A stretch of 32,000 nt of DNA, taken from Pseudodesulfovibrio mercurii (GTDB lineage Bacteria; Desulfobacterota; Desulfovibrionia; Desulfovibrionales; Desulfovibrionaceae). This document shows, piece by piece, positions 9,225-18,743 of this stretch. Below the pieces are notes generated by a model. It did not search any database and was not told the origin of the DNA. It worked only from the letters and a program-made list of their open reading frames with translations. The stretch's first letter is position 1; every line of letters starts with the position of its first letter. The position numbers and the translations under genes are program-made. Location of the stretch: the NCBI RefSeq assembly GCF_000189295.2, contig NC_016803.1, forward strand, positions 2,190,001 to 2,222,000. Direction: 5' to 3'.

Positions 9225-9686
9225 ATGCGCTTACTCGTTCGGATCATACTCCTCGGCTACCTGGCGCTCCAGGCGTTCGCCGTGGCCGTGTATGTCTTTC
9301 TTGTAGGGCTCTTCACCGCCATCGACCTGGTGACGCTCGACTTCGCGCGACTGCGATCCCTGAACTGGCCCTTCGTCCTGTTCGTCATGGCTGCGGGGGC
9401 CACCCACTTCCTGCTGGTGCGGCATGTCTGCCTCCGGATCGAGGGACGGACAGGCTCCGCAAAACCGGCCATTGCGGCGGCGGCCGTCAACGTCCTCCTT
9501 GCCGCATACCCCTTGGGTGAAACCGTGCTCAATCAGTGGGACGGGGCGACCCATCTGTTCTACGGCGGCATATTCCTGGCGAACGCGATGCTCTTGGCCG
9601 CCTTTGCCTTCCGCCCAGCGCACGACTTCATCCTCCGGCCCCGGCGGGCGGCGGACGGCGGGGGCGGGGCCGAGACCGGCGGCTGA
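9225..9686 (+). CDS. Small membrane protein, paralog B (function unknown)
   Basis: 153-aa ORF with about 4 hydrophobic segments. The C-terminal AFRPAHDFILRPRRAADGG parallels paralog A. No strong SD is present. Confidence 0.55.
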   Translation: MRLLVRIILLGYLALQAFAVAVYVFLVGLFTAIDLVTLDFARLRSLNWPFVLFVMAAGATHFLLVRHVCLRIEGRTGSAKPAIAAAAVNVLLAAYPLGETVLNQWDGATHLFYGGIFLANAMLLAAFAFRPAHDFILRPRRAADGGGGAETGG

Positions 9687-9689
9687 TCA

Positions 9690-10433
9690 TCAGCCCAGCA
9701 CGGCCCGGACCAGCTCCGGGGTGCGCGTGCCGGCCTTGCCTTCGAGGAAGTAGTCGGTGGTGTTGTAGGTGTAGGCGGTGTCCCGCAGGTTGATCTCGAT
9801 GATCGTGCCGCCGTGCTGCTTGACCACGTGGGGGATGCGCCCGGCCGGGATGACCTCGCCGCCCGTGCCGATGACCAGGCAGACGTCCGCCTGCTTGGCC
9901 AGGTCCGTGGCCGCCGCGTGCACGTCGCTCGGGATGCCCTCGCCGAAGAAGACGAAGTCCGGCTTGAGCAGGCCGCCGCAGGCCGGGCAGGGCGGGGGCA
10001 GGGTCTTAAGGGAGATGGCGGCGGAGTCGAAGAAGGTCAGGCAGGACAGGCAGCGCATGCGCCGGGTGGAGCCGTGATACTCGTGGACCACCCGGCTCCC
10101 GGCGGCCTGGTGCAGGGAATCGATGTTCTGGGTGACGATGCCCGCGAGCTTCCCGGCGGCCTCCAGTTCGGCCAGGGCCAGGTGGGCCGGATTGGGCCGG
10201 GCCCGGCCGAGCATGTCGAAGAATATCTCCTTGAGCAGGGGCCAGACCTCCTCGGGATGGCGCTTGAAATACCCCTTCTCGAACTTGTCCGGGTCGTACT
10301 TCGACCACACGCCGCCCGGCCCCCGGAAGGGCGGGATGCCGGACTCCACGGAGATGCCCGCGCCGGTGAAGGCCATGGCGCAGCGGGCCGTCTTCAGGAC
10401 CTCGGCGGCGTTTGCAAGGGCGTGGTTCGACAT
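9690..10433 (-). CDS. cobB: NAD-dependent protein deacylase, Sir2 family (CobB/NpdA type)
   Basis: 247-aa ORF with the GAGISVESGIPPFRG motif, QNID.LH, and the zinc ribbon cysteines CLSC...CPAC. Confidence 0.9.
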   Translation of the reverse strand: MSNHALANAAEVLKTARCAMAFTGAGISVESGIPPFRGPGGVWSKYDPDKFEKGYFKRHPEEVWPLLKEIFFDMLGRARPNPAHLALAELEAAGKLAGIVTQNIDSLHQAAGSRVVHEYHGSTRRMRCLSCLTFFDSAAISLKTLPPPCPACGGLLKPDFVFFGEGIPSDVHAAATDLAKQADVCLVIGTGGEVIPAGRIPHVVKQHGGTIIEINLRDTAYTYNTTDYFLEGKAGTRTPELVRAVLG

Positions 10434-10436
10434 GGG

Positions 10437-10889
10437 CTAGTGTCCGGCAAAGGCCATGTGGAGGTTGCCCTGCCCGTCGCGGGACAGGGTGAAGATGGCG
10501 GCCCAGCGTTCCAGGCAGGGCGGGTCGGGCCGGTTGGGCGGGCCGAGCACGGCCGGATCCACGGTGATCTCGGCCTGGACCTTGCCCTCCTTGAGGAAGA
10601 CCAGGCTCCAGCCGCCCGGCTTCTCGCCCCTGGGCTCGTACTCGCGGCCGAACCGGGTGGAGAAGTCCTGCTCGGTGCCGGGCAGGACCAGGCACACGGA
10701 ATCCCAGTCGTAGTATTCCATGAAGGCGTCCAGGGAAAAGGTCCTGCCGGTCCCGGCCGGGGCCTCCTTCAGGGCCTTGAAGAAGCGGTCGCTGACGTAC
10801 TTGCCCGTGTAGTCGAAGGAGACCATCACGGAGAACAACAGCAGCAGCCCCGTGGCCACGACCAGCGCGCTCTTGGTCCTCATGGTCAT
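10437..10889 (-). CDS. Membrane-anchored or secreted hypothetical protein (150 aa)
   Basis: The start was moved to ATG 10889 (MTMRTKSALVVATGLLLLFSV...) because GGAGG lies about 8 nt upstream and the 38-aa N-terminal extension in the track ORF is Arg/Gly-rich junk. Its stop lies 3 nt before the cobB start, so the two are probably co-transcribed. Confidence 0.6.
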   Translation of the reverse strand: MTMRTKSALVVATGLLLLFSVMVSFDYTGKYVSDRFFKALKEAPAGTGRTFSLDAFMEYYDWDSVCLVLPGTEQDFSTRFGREYEPRGEKPGGWSLVFLKEGKVQAEITVDPAVLGPPNRPDPPCLERWAAIFTLSRDGQGNLHMAFAGH

Positions 10890-11114
10890 GCCGTCACCCT
10901 CCCCCGGCCGCAGGCCCGTACCATTTCCTCCGCAAACCCTACTGGTTTGCCCTCTTCCGGTCAAACAACGCCCGTTCCGGCGTCCGCTCGATCGAATCGA
11001 CAATTACCGCCATATATATTAACAATATTGACAATATTTTGGCGAAATTACCACTTTTGTCAAACCAAAAAAATACATTTGTGTGGATGTTCCCCAAATA
11101 CCGTGATTTTTCCT

Positions 11115-11130
11115 TGGCCTCAGTCTTGCA
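11115..11130 (+). promoter_or_regulatory. Sigma-54 (RpoN) -24/-12 promoter for amtB-glnK(-glnD)
   Basis: TGGCCTCAGTCTTGCA matches TGGC-N7-TTGCA with exact GG-to-GC spacing. It lies about 25 nt upstream of the amtB ATG (11156), with GGAGG at 11143-11147, and is preceded by a roughly 100-bp AT-rich tract. Confidence 0.6.
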
Positions 11131-11155
11131 TATCGAGCCGCTGGAGGTTTGAACA

Positions 11156-12713
<1,558 letters not shown>

Positions 12714-12797
12714 CCCCGATCCGAGAACCATCCGGGCCGCGAGGAAGAGAGTCCCGACGCACGCCCGAACAGATGCCGGTCCGGCCGGACCGGCGGC

Positions 12798-12824
12798 GGC
12801 CGGGAGCTATTCCCTCTCCCGGCC
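12798..12824 (+). terminator. GC-rich hairpin between glnK and glnD (possible partial terminator or attenuator)
   Basis: GGCCGGGAG (12798-12806) pairs with CTCCCGGCC (12816-12824) around a 9-nt loop. There is no U-tract, so the function is uncertain. Confidence 0.3.
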
Positions 12825-12861
12825 GCCCCCCGTTTCCCCGCCGGTCAACCAGGAGCCGCCC

Positions 12862-15462
12862 ATGCCGCCGGACAGCCAACTCCCCGAATCCGCCCACAGG
12901 CTGAAACAGGCCAGGGCGGACCTGTGGGGCCGGGCCGAGGCCGGGTCCGTGGGCGGTTTCGCCTGGGAATACACCCACCTGGTGGACCACTACTTCGAGG
13001 ACCGCATCCGCGAGGCCGGGCCGCAGCGGTTCGACTTCGTGCTCGTGGCCGTGGGCGGCTACGGCCGCGGGCGGCTGTGCCCCGGTTCGGACATCGACGT
13101 GCTCCTGCTCTTCCGCCAGCGCATCCCGTCCGGGGCCGAGAAATTCATCAAGACCCTGCTCTTCCCCCTGTGGGACCTGGGCCTGGACCTGGGCTACGGC
13201 GCGCGCACCGTGGCCGACTGCGTGTCCCTGGCGCGCAAGGACTTCCAGGTCCTGGCCTCGCTCATGGACGCCCGCCCCCTGGCCGGGCAGGCCGGGGTCT
13301 TCGAGACCTTTCGGGCGGCCTTCGCGGACAAGGTCCTCAAGAAGTCCGGCGAGACCTTCGCCGGGTCCCTGCGCGAGCACAACGCGGCCCGCGCCGCGCA
13401 GTACGGCGACGCCTCGGCCCTGCTCGAACCCGAGCTCAAGAACGGACTGGGCGGCCTGCGCGACGGCCAGCAGGTGGCCTGGCTGACCCGGGTCCTCGAG
13501 GCCCTCAAGCGCAACCCCATCTTCCTGCCCGAGGAGCTCTCGCGGCTGCGCGAGGACCAGGCCTTCCTCAACCGCGTGCGCACGGCCCTGCACCTGGCCG
13601 CCGGACGCAAGACCGACCGCCTCTACTTCGATCTCCAGCCGCCCACGGCGCGGCTCATGGGCTTCGCCTCCCGGACCGCCTCGCCGGGAGACACCGGCCT
13701 GGCCGTGGAGTTCTTCCTGTCCCGGCTGCACCAAGCCATGACCCGGATCAAGGCCATGCGCGAGGCCCTGTTCCAGGAGGCCTTCCCGGTGCGCACGGGC
13801 CGCCTACCCGAGCTGTCCATCCGCAACCTGGCCGCCGGGCCCGAGGGCATCCGCTTCAAGCGGCAGTCCGAGGCCGACCCGGACAACGTGCTCGGCGCGT
13901 TCCTGGAGTCCGCGCGCACCGGCCTGCCCCTGACCTGGGGGGCGCGGCGCATCGTCCGCCGGGACCCGGCCCGGTTCGCGGCCGGGCTGGCCGACCGGCC
14001 CGAGACCCTGTCCCTGCTGGTGGAGATATTCCTGGCCCCGCACTGCCGCACCGCCCTGGACGGACTCCTGGAGACCCGGCTGCTGCCCGCCCTGTTCCCG
14101 GCCTTCGCCGAGGTCGAGCACCTCATCCAGTTCAACGACTACCACGTCCACCCGGTGGGGCGGCACACCCTGGCCACCGTGGCCCTGCTCTCGGACTTCC
14201 TGCGCGGGGACGGCGAGTGGACCGGCGAGCTGGGCGCGCGCGTGGCCGACCGGGTCGGGCTGGTCCTGGCCGGGTTTTTCCACGACCTGGCCAAGGGCGC
14301 GCCCGACCACTCCACGGCCGGGGCGGACCTGGCCCGCGAGGTCCTGGCCCGCTACGGCCGCAAGCCCGAGGTGGTCGAGGACGCGGCCTTCCTGGTGGAA
14401 CACCACCTGCTCCTGCCCAAGACCGCCACCCGGCGCGACCTGTCGGACGAGCGCACCGTGGCGGACGTGGCCGCCGTGGTCGGGGACACGGCCCGGCTGG
14501 ACATGCTCCACCTGCTGTCCACGGCCGACTCCATGGCCACCGGGCCGCGCGCCTGGAACGGCTGGACCCGCTCCCTGCTGTCCGAGCTCTATTTCAAGGT
14601 GCGCAACCTGCTGCGCCACGGGCCCCTGGCCGAGCCGGACGCGGCCCGGCGGCTGGCCGACGCCCGGCTGGCCGTGCTGGCCGCCCTGCCGGACCTGGAC
14701 CCGGAGTTCGTGGACGCGGCCCTGCGGGCCATGCCGCCGCGCGCCTTCCTGGCCCTGACCCCGGAGGCCCTGGCCGGGCACGTGCGCCTGGTCAGACGGC
14801 TGTGGGCGGCCGTGGCCGAGGACCGCATGCGCAAGCCGTCGTCCATCGGCGGCAAGGGGGTCAACCTCATCGAGGCCGCGCCGGGCCGGGCCGAGAAGAC
14901 CTTCCGGCTGACCATCGCGGCCGTGGACCAGCCCCGGCTGTTCGCGACCATCGCCGGAGCCCTGTCCCTGCACGGCCTGAACATCCTGGCCGCCGACATC
15001 TTCACCTGGAAGGACGGCACGGCCGTGGACGTGTTCACCGTGGGCGAGCCGCCCGAAAACCTCTACGCCGAGGAGGTCTGGGCCAGGGTGGGCCGGTCCG
15101 TGGCCTACGCCATGGTCGGCAAGCTCGACCTGGCCGCGCGACTGGCCGAGCGCTGCAACTCGCCCCTGGCCAGGGGGCGCGGCCGCCCGAAGCTCAAGCC
15201 CCTGGTGACCATCGACAACCGGGCCAGCGACTTCTACACCGTGGTCGAAGTGGCGGCCACGGACCGCATCGGCTTCCTGTTCGACATGGCCCGCACCCTG
15301 GCCGCCCACGGGCTGTCCATCCACCTGGCCATGATCACGACCATCCAGGGCCGGGCCGCCGACGTCTTCCACGTGCGCACCCAGGACGGGCAGCGGCTCC
15401 TGGACGAGACGCGCATGGACACCCTGCGCCGGGACCTCCTGGACGCGGCCGCGCCCCGGTAA
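12862..15462 (+). CDS. glnD: [Protein-PII] uridylyltransferase / uridylyl-removing enzyme GlnD
   Basis: 866-aa ORF with AGGAG 6 nt upstream. It has the nucleotidyltransferase motif GGYGRGRLCPGSDIDVLLLF, a central HD domain (FFHDLAKG) and two C-terminal ACT-like repeats. Confidence 0.93.
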   Translation: MPPDSQLPESAHRLKQARADLWGRAEAGSVGGFAWEYTHLVDHYFEDRIREAGPQRFDFVLVAVGGYGRGRLCPGSDIDVLLLFRQRIPSGAEKFIKTLLFPLWDLGLDLGYGARTVADCVSLARKDFQVLASLMDARPLAGQAGVFETFRAAFADKVLKKSGETFAGSLREHNAARAAQYGDASALLEPELKNGLGGLRDGQQVAWLTRVLEALKRNPIFLPEELSRLREDQAFLNRVRTALHLAAGRKTDRLYFDLQPPTARLMGFASRTASPGDTGLAVEFFLSRLHQAMTRIKAMREALFQEAFPVRTGRLPELSIRNLAAGPEGIRFKRQSEADPDNVLGAFLESARTGLPLTWGARRIVRRDPARFAAGLADRPETLSLLVEIFLAPHCRTALDGLLETRLLPALFPAFAEVEHLIQFNDYHVHPVGRHTLATVALLSDFLRGDGEWTGELGARVADRVGLVLAGFFHDLAKGAPDHSTAGADLAREVLARYGRKPEVVEDAAFLVEHHLLLPKTATRRDLSDERTVADVAAVVGDTARLDMLHLLSTADSMATGPRAWNGWTRSLLSELYFKVRNLLRHGPLAEPDAARRLADARLAVLAALPDLDPEFVDAALRAMPPRAFLALTPEALAGHVRLVRRLWAAVAEDRMRKPSSIGGKGVNLIEAAPGRAEKTFRLTIAAVDQPRLFATIAGALSLHGLNILAADIFTWKDGTAVDVFTVGEPPENLYAEEVWARVGRSVAYAMVGKLDLAARLAERCNSPLARGRGRPKLKPLVTIDNRASDFYTVVEVAATDRIGFLFDMARTLAAHGLSIHLAMITTIQGRAADVFHVRTQDGQRLLDETRMDTLRRDLLDAAAPR

Positions 15463-15525
15463 AAGCCCTTTACTTTTCAAAGGCGGACCGTAGACTGTGG
15501 GCAGACCCCAGTTTGAGGATGCACC

Positions 15526-16131
15526 ATGCCCATCGACCTGACCATCTTTTCCGATTTCGTCTGCCCGTTCTGTTTCGTCGGCTCGGGCATCATCGACCAC
15601 CTGCGCCGGGACTTCGACATCCGCGACACCTGGCTGCCCCACGAGCTGCACCCCGAGACCCCGCCCGAGGGACGGCCCGTGGACGAGCTCTTCGACCGCT
15701 TCGACATCGACCAGGTGACCATGACCTGCAACCAGCGGGGCAAGCCCTACGGCATCGGCTTCGCGCGCATGACCCTGCTGGCCAACTCGCGCCTGGCCCT
15801 GGAGGCGGCGGAGTTCGCCCGGGACGCGGGCCGGTTCCACGACTTCCACGGGCGCATGTTCCGGGCGGGCTTCACCGAGGGGCGGAACATCGGGGACCTG
15901 GAGGTGGTCCTGGACGTGGCCGTGCGCTCCGGCCTGGACGCGGCCGGGGTCAAGGAGGCCCTGACCGACCACCGCTACGCCGCGCGGCTGGCCGACGGCT
16001 CGGCCAGGGCGCGGGCCGCGGGCGTGACGGCCATCCCCACCTTCGTGGTCGCGGGGCGGCCGCCCATCACCGGGGCCGTGGACGAGGCCGTCCTGCGCCG
16101 GGCCATGGAAGCGGCCCTGCGCACGGAATAG
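15526..16131 (+). CDS. DsbA-family thiol:disulfide oxidoreductase (FrnE-like)
   Basis: 201-aa ORF with the N-terminal IFSDFVCPFCFVG (CPFC active site) and a C-terminal GVTAIPTFVV cis-Pro loop region. Confidence 0.85.
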   Translation: MPIDLTIFSDFVCPFCFVGSGIIDHLRRDFDIRDTWLPHELHPETPPEGRPVDELFDRFDIDQVTMTCNQRGKPYGIGFARMTLLANSRLALEAAEFARDAGRFHDFHGRMFRAGFTEGRNIGDLEVVLDVAVRSGLDAAGVKEALTDHRYAARLADGSARARAAGVTAIPTFVVAGRPPITGAVDEAVLRRAMEAALRTE

Positions 16132-16171
16132 ACCGCAACACACAGCAACGAACCGCAACAAGCGGGATACT

Positions 16172-17167
16172 ATGACGCAACAGGCTGAAATCGTAATTTT
16201 CTTCACCGGCGGGACCATCGGCATGTCCCCGGTGGAAGGCAAGGAAGGCGTGGCCCCCGGCGGCAACTTCGAGGGGCTGCTCAACCAGCTCTCGCCCCAG
16301 GAGTCGGACGTGATCCTGCGGCCCGTGCTCTGGTCGGACAAGCCGAGCCCGCACATGACCCCGGAGGACATGTTCCGGCTGGCCCGCGACGTGGAGACGG
16401 CCCTCAGCGAGGAGTCCGTGCTCGGGGCCGTAGTCCTGCACGGCACCGACACCCTGGTGGAGACCGCCTACATGTGCGACCTGGTGGTCCACTCGGACAA
16501 GCCGGTCATCCTGACCGGGTCCATGCGCTACTACTCCGAGGCGGGCTACGACGGCATCCGCAACCTGGCCAACACCGTGCGCGCCTGCCTGCTCCCCCTG
16601 CCCCCCGGCATCGGGGCGTGCATCCTGATGACCGACCGCATCTTCGCGGCCCGCGAGGCGGTCAAGGTCAACTCGCTCAACGTGGACGCCTTCGAGTCGC
16701 GCGAGGCGGGCGTGGTCGGCTACGTGGCCGGAGAGTCCGTGCTCCTGGCCCGGCGGCACTCCCTGGCCATGCCCCGGCGCAAGTTCAACCCGGCGGACAT
16801 CGAGACCAACGTGCCGCTCATCACCGCGTATACGGGAATTGACCGGAAACCTCTCGATCATGCAATAAGCGAGGGAGCAAAGGGAGTTGTCATCGAAGGA
16901 TTCGGCGCGGGCAACGTGCCCCCGGCCCTGGTCGAGGGGATCGAGGCCTGCCTGGCCCGGCGCATCCCCGTGGTCCTGACCACGCGCTGCATCGAGGGCG
17001 GGGTCTGGCCCGTGTACGGCTATCCCGGCGGCGGGGCCGACCTGCACGCCAGGGGGGTCATCCTGGCCGGCCGGCTGGGCGGGCCCAAGGCCCGCATCCG
17101 GCTCATGTGCGCCCTGGGGCTGACCAGCGACCCGGACGCGATCCGCGAGATATTCGAAGAGGCCTAG
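16172..17167 (+). CDS. ansA: L-asparaginase, cytoplasmic type I
   Basis: 331-aa ORF with no signal peptide, containing the FFTGGTIGM and HGTDTLVETAY catalytic motifs. Confidence 0.88.
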   Translation: MTQQAEIVIFFTGGTIGMSPVEGKEGVAPGGNFEGLLNQLSPQESDVILRPVLWSDKPSPHMTPEDMFRLARDVETALSEESVLGAVVLHGTDTLVETAYMCDLVVHSDKPVILTGSMRYYSEAGYDGIRNLANTVRACLLPLPPGIGACILMTDRIFAAREAVKVNSLNVDAFESREAGVVGYVAGESVLLARRHSLAMPRRKFNPADIETNVPLITAYTGIDRKPLDHAISEGAKGVVIEGFGAGNVPPALVEGIEACLARRIPVVLTTRCIEGGVWPVYGYPGGGADLHARGVILAGRLGGPKARIRLMCALGLTSDPDAIREIFEEA

Positions 17168-17170
17168 GGG

Positions 17171-18424
17171 TCAGCGGGAGGCTTCGGCAAACCGCCGGAA
17201 CTCGGACAGGGCGCGGCTCTGGACCATGGTCCGGACCGCGTCCAGCTTGTCGTGGTTCTCGATGACCAGGTTGACGACGTCCAGGTCCAGGAAGCCCTCG
17301 TCCGCCATGGAGCGGAGCACGGACACGGCCTGTTCGCGGGTCATGCCCCTGCGGTAGGGGCGGTCCTCGGTGATGGCCGTGTGCACGTCGGCCACCTGCA
17401 TGATCCGCGAGCCCAGGGAAAGGTCCTTTTCGGTCAGGCCCAGGGGATACCCCTTGCCGTTGAGCCGCTCGTGGTGCTGGCAGGCCCAGTCGGCCACCTC
17501 GCCCAGCCCCGGGATGGCCCGCAGGACCTCGGCGCAAACCGTGGCGTGGTCCTTGACCCTGACGTACTCGTCGTCGTCCAGGGCGCCCGGCTTGTCCAGC
17601 AGGACCGTGGGCACGGCCAGCTTGCCGATGTCGTGCAGGTTCCCGGCCAGGCGCATGGCCTTCTGCTCCCGCTCGTCCATGCCCGCCAGCCGGGCCAGCA
17701 GGACCGCGGTCTCGGCCACGCCCGCCGTGTGGGTGGCCGTGTGGCGGCTCCGGAAGTCGATGATCCGGGTGAAGAAGCCCGAAAAGTCGATGAGCTGGTC
17801 CGGAGTGATGCGCACGTCGAGCAGCTCCCTGGAGAGCATCTCGCGCACGGGCCGGTCCATCTCCTCCACCAGGGGCCAGAAGATGCCGCCCTCAGCCAGC
17901 TCCGCAAAGGCCCGCAGCAGCTCCGGGGCGTACAGGTCCGAGCCGAACCCGGCCACGGTCAGTTCCACGTCCCGGCGTTCATGGGCCGCCTTGCCCACCC
18001 GGCGCAGGATGTCCACCCGGTCGGCCAGGTTGACGATGTTGGCCAGCAGCAGGGTCTCGCGGTCGCCCTCCTGGCGGATGACCCGCAGGTCCCGCCAGCT
18101 GGTGTGGTGGTACAGGACCATGCGCGAGGCGCGCTCCAGGAAGGGATGGTCGCGGAGTAGCCGATAGCCGACCACGGCGTGCTCCTCCAGGTCCGCGTCG
18201 AAGCTCAGCCCGTCCAGGGCCAGGTCCATGGAAAAGGCCCCGATGTCGTGCAGCAGCCCGGCCAGGAGCAGGTCCACCAGGGAGGAGGCCCCGATGCCCA
18301 CGCGTCCGCCCAGGGCGACCGAGGCCAACCCCACCCGCCGATGGTGGCCGGTGACCGTGGGGGAGATGTAGTCGAGGGCGGACGAGATGCCGCAGGCGAG
18401 GTCGATGAGGGAGACGTCTTCCAT
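17171..18424 (-). CDS. HD-GYP domain protein (probable c-di-GMP phosphodiesterase) with an additional N-terminal HD-type domain
   Basis: 417-aa ORF. The C-terminal half has HDIGKLAVP ... HHERLNGKGYPLG (canonical HD-GYP). The N-terminal half has HHRRVG ... LLHDIGAF ... YHHTSW (HD fold without GYP). No receiver or obvious sensor domain is present. Confidence 0.88.
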   Translation of the reverse strand: MEDVSLIDLACGISSALDYISPTVTGHHRRVGLASVALGGRVGIGASSLVDLLLAGLLHDIGAFSMDLALDGLSFDADLEEHAVVGYRLLRDHPFLERASRMVLYHHTSWRDLRVIRQEGDRETLLLANIVNLADRVDILRRVGKAAHERRDVELTVAGFGSDLYAPELLRAFAELAEGGIFWPLVEEMDRPVREMLSRELLDVRITPDQLIDFSGFFTRIIDFRSRHTATHTAGVAETAVLLARLAGMDEREQKAMRLAGNLHDIGKLAVPTVLLDKPGALDDDEYVRVKDHATVCAEVLRAIPGLGEVADWACQHHERLNGKGYPLGLTEKDLSLGSRIMQVADVHTAITEDRPYRRGMTREQAVSVLRSMADEGFLDLDVVNLVIENHDKLDAVRTMVQSRALSEFRRFAEASR

Positions 18425-18743
18425 GGAACCTTCACGCCGTCAGGGGAGCTTTGTTCGAGTATTTTTCCGCAGGGCCGGAAGAAGCATCGCGGTTCGGCCG
18501 GGCGCAGCCAATTATATTTCGCGAGCCGGATGGGAACCCATTCGCCGGCGGTTGTCAACAGCCGGTGACAGGGCGCCTGCCCGGCCCCGGCCCCTTTTCC
18601 GCGCCACCGTGTCAAGTTGATTTTTCCTGCCGATCGGACGCTTTTCCTTGTCATTCGTTCCCGAAACCGTGTCGGGCCGAAAACCCGTGCTAGGCTGGCC
18701 GGGCCGGGATGCCCGCAACCCTAGCAAAGCGAGGAACACGCAT

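Noticed and set aside
9690-10433. Sir2-domain protein as a possible anti-phage defence component (Thoeris, DSR or SIR2-HerA-like)
   Set aside because: It is a short (247 aa) canonical CobB-type sirtuin with the zinc-ribbon cysteines and no fused or adjacent defence domains (TIR, HerA, pAgo, helicase). It reads as a housekeeping deacylase.
10890-11003. 38-aa N-terminal extension of the exported hypothetical protein
   Set aside because: It is Arg/Gly-rich and runs into the AT-rich promoter region. The internal ATG 10889 has a GGAGG RBS and starts directly at the signal or TM segment.
12924-16452. 1083-aa plus-strand ORF (12924..16175) and 882-aa minus-strand ORF (13804..16452) overlapping glnD, the DsbA-like gene and ansA
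   Set aside because: They are off-frame or antisense shadows of genes with clear family motifs. Their products are Arg/Gly/Pro-rich with no motifs.
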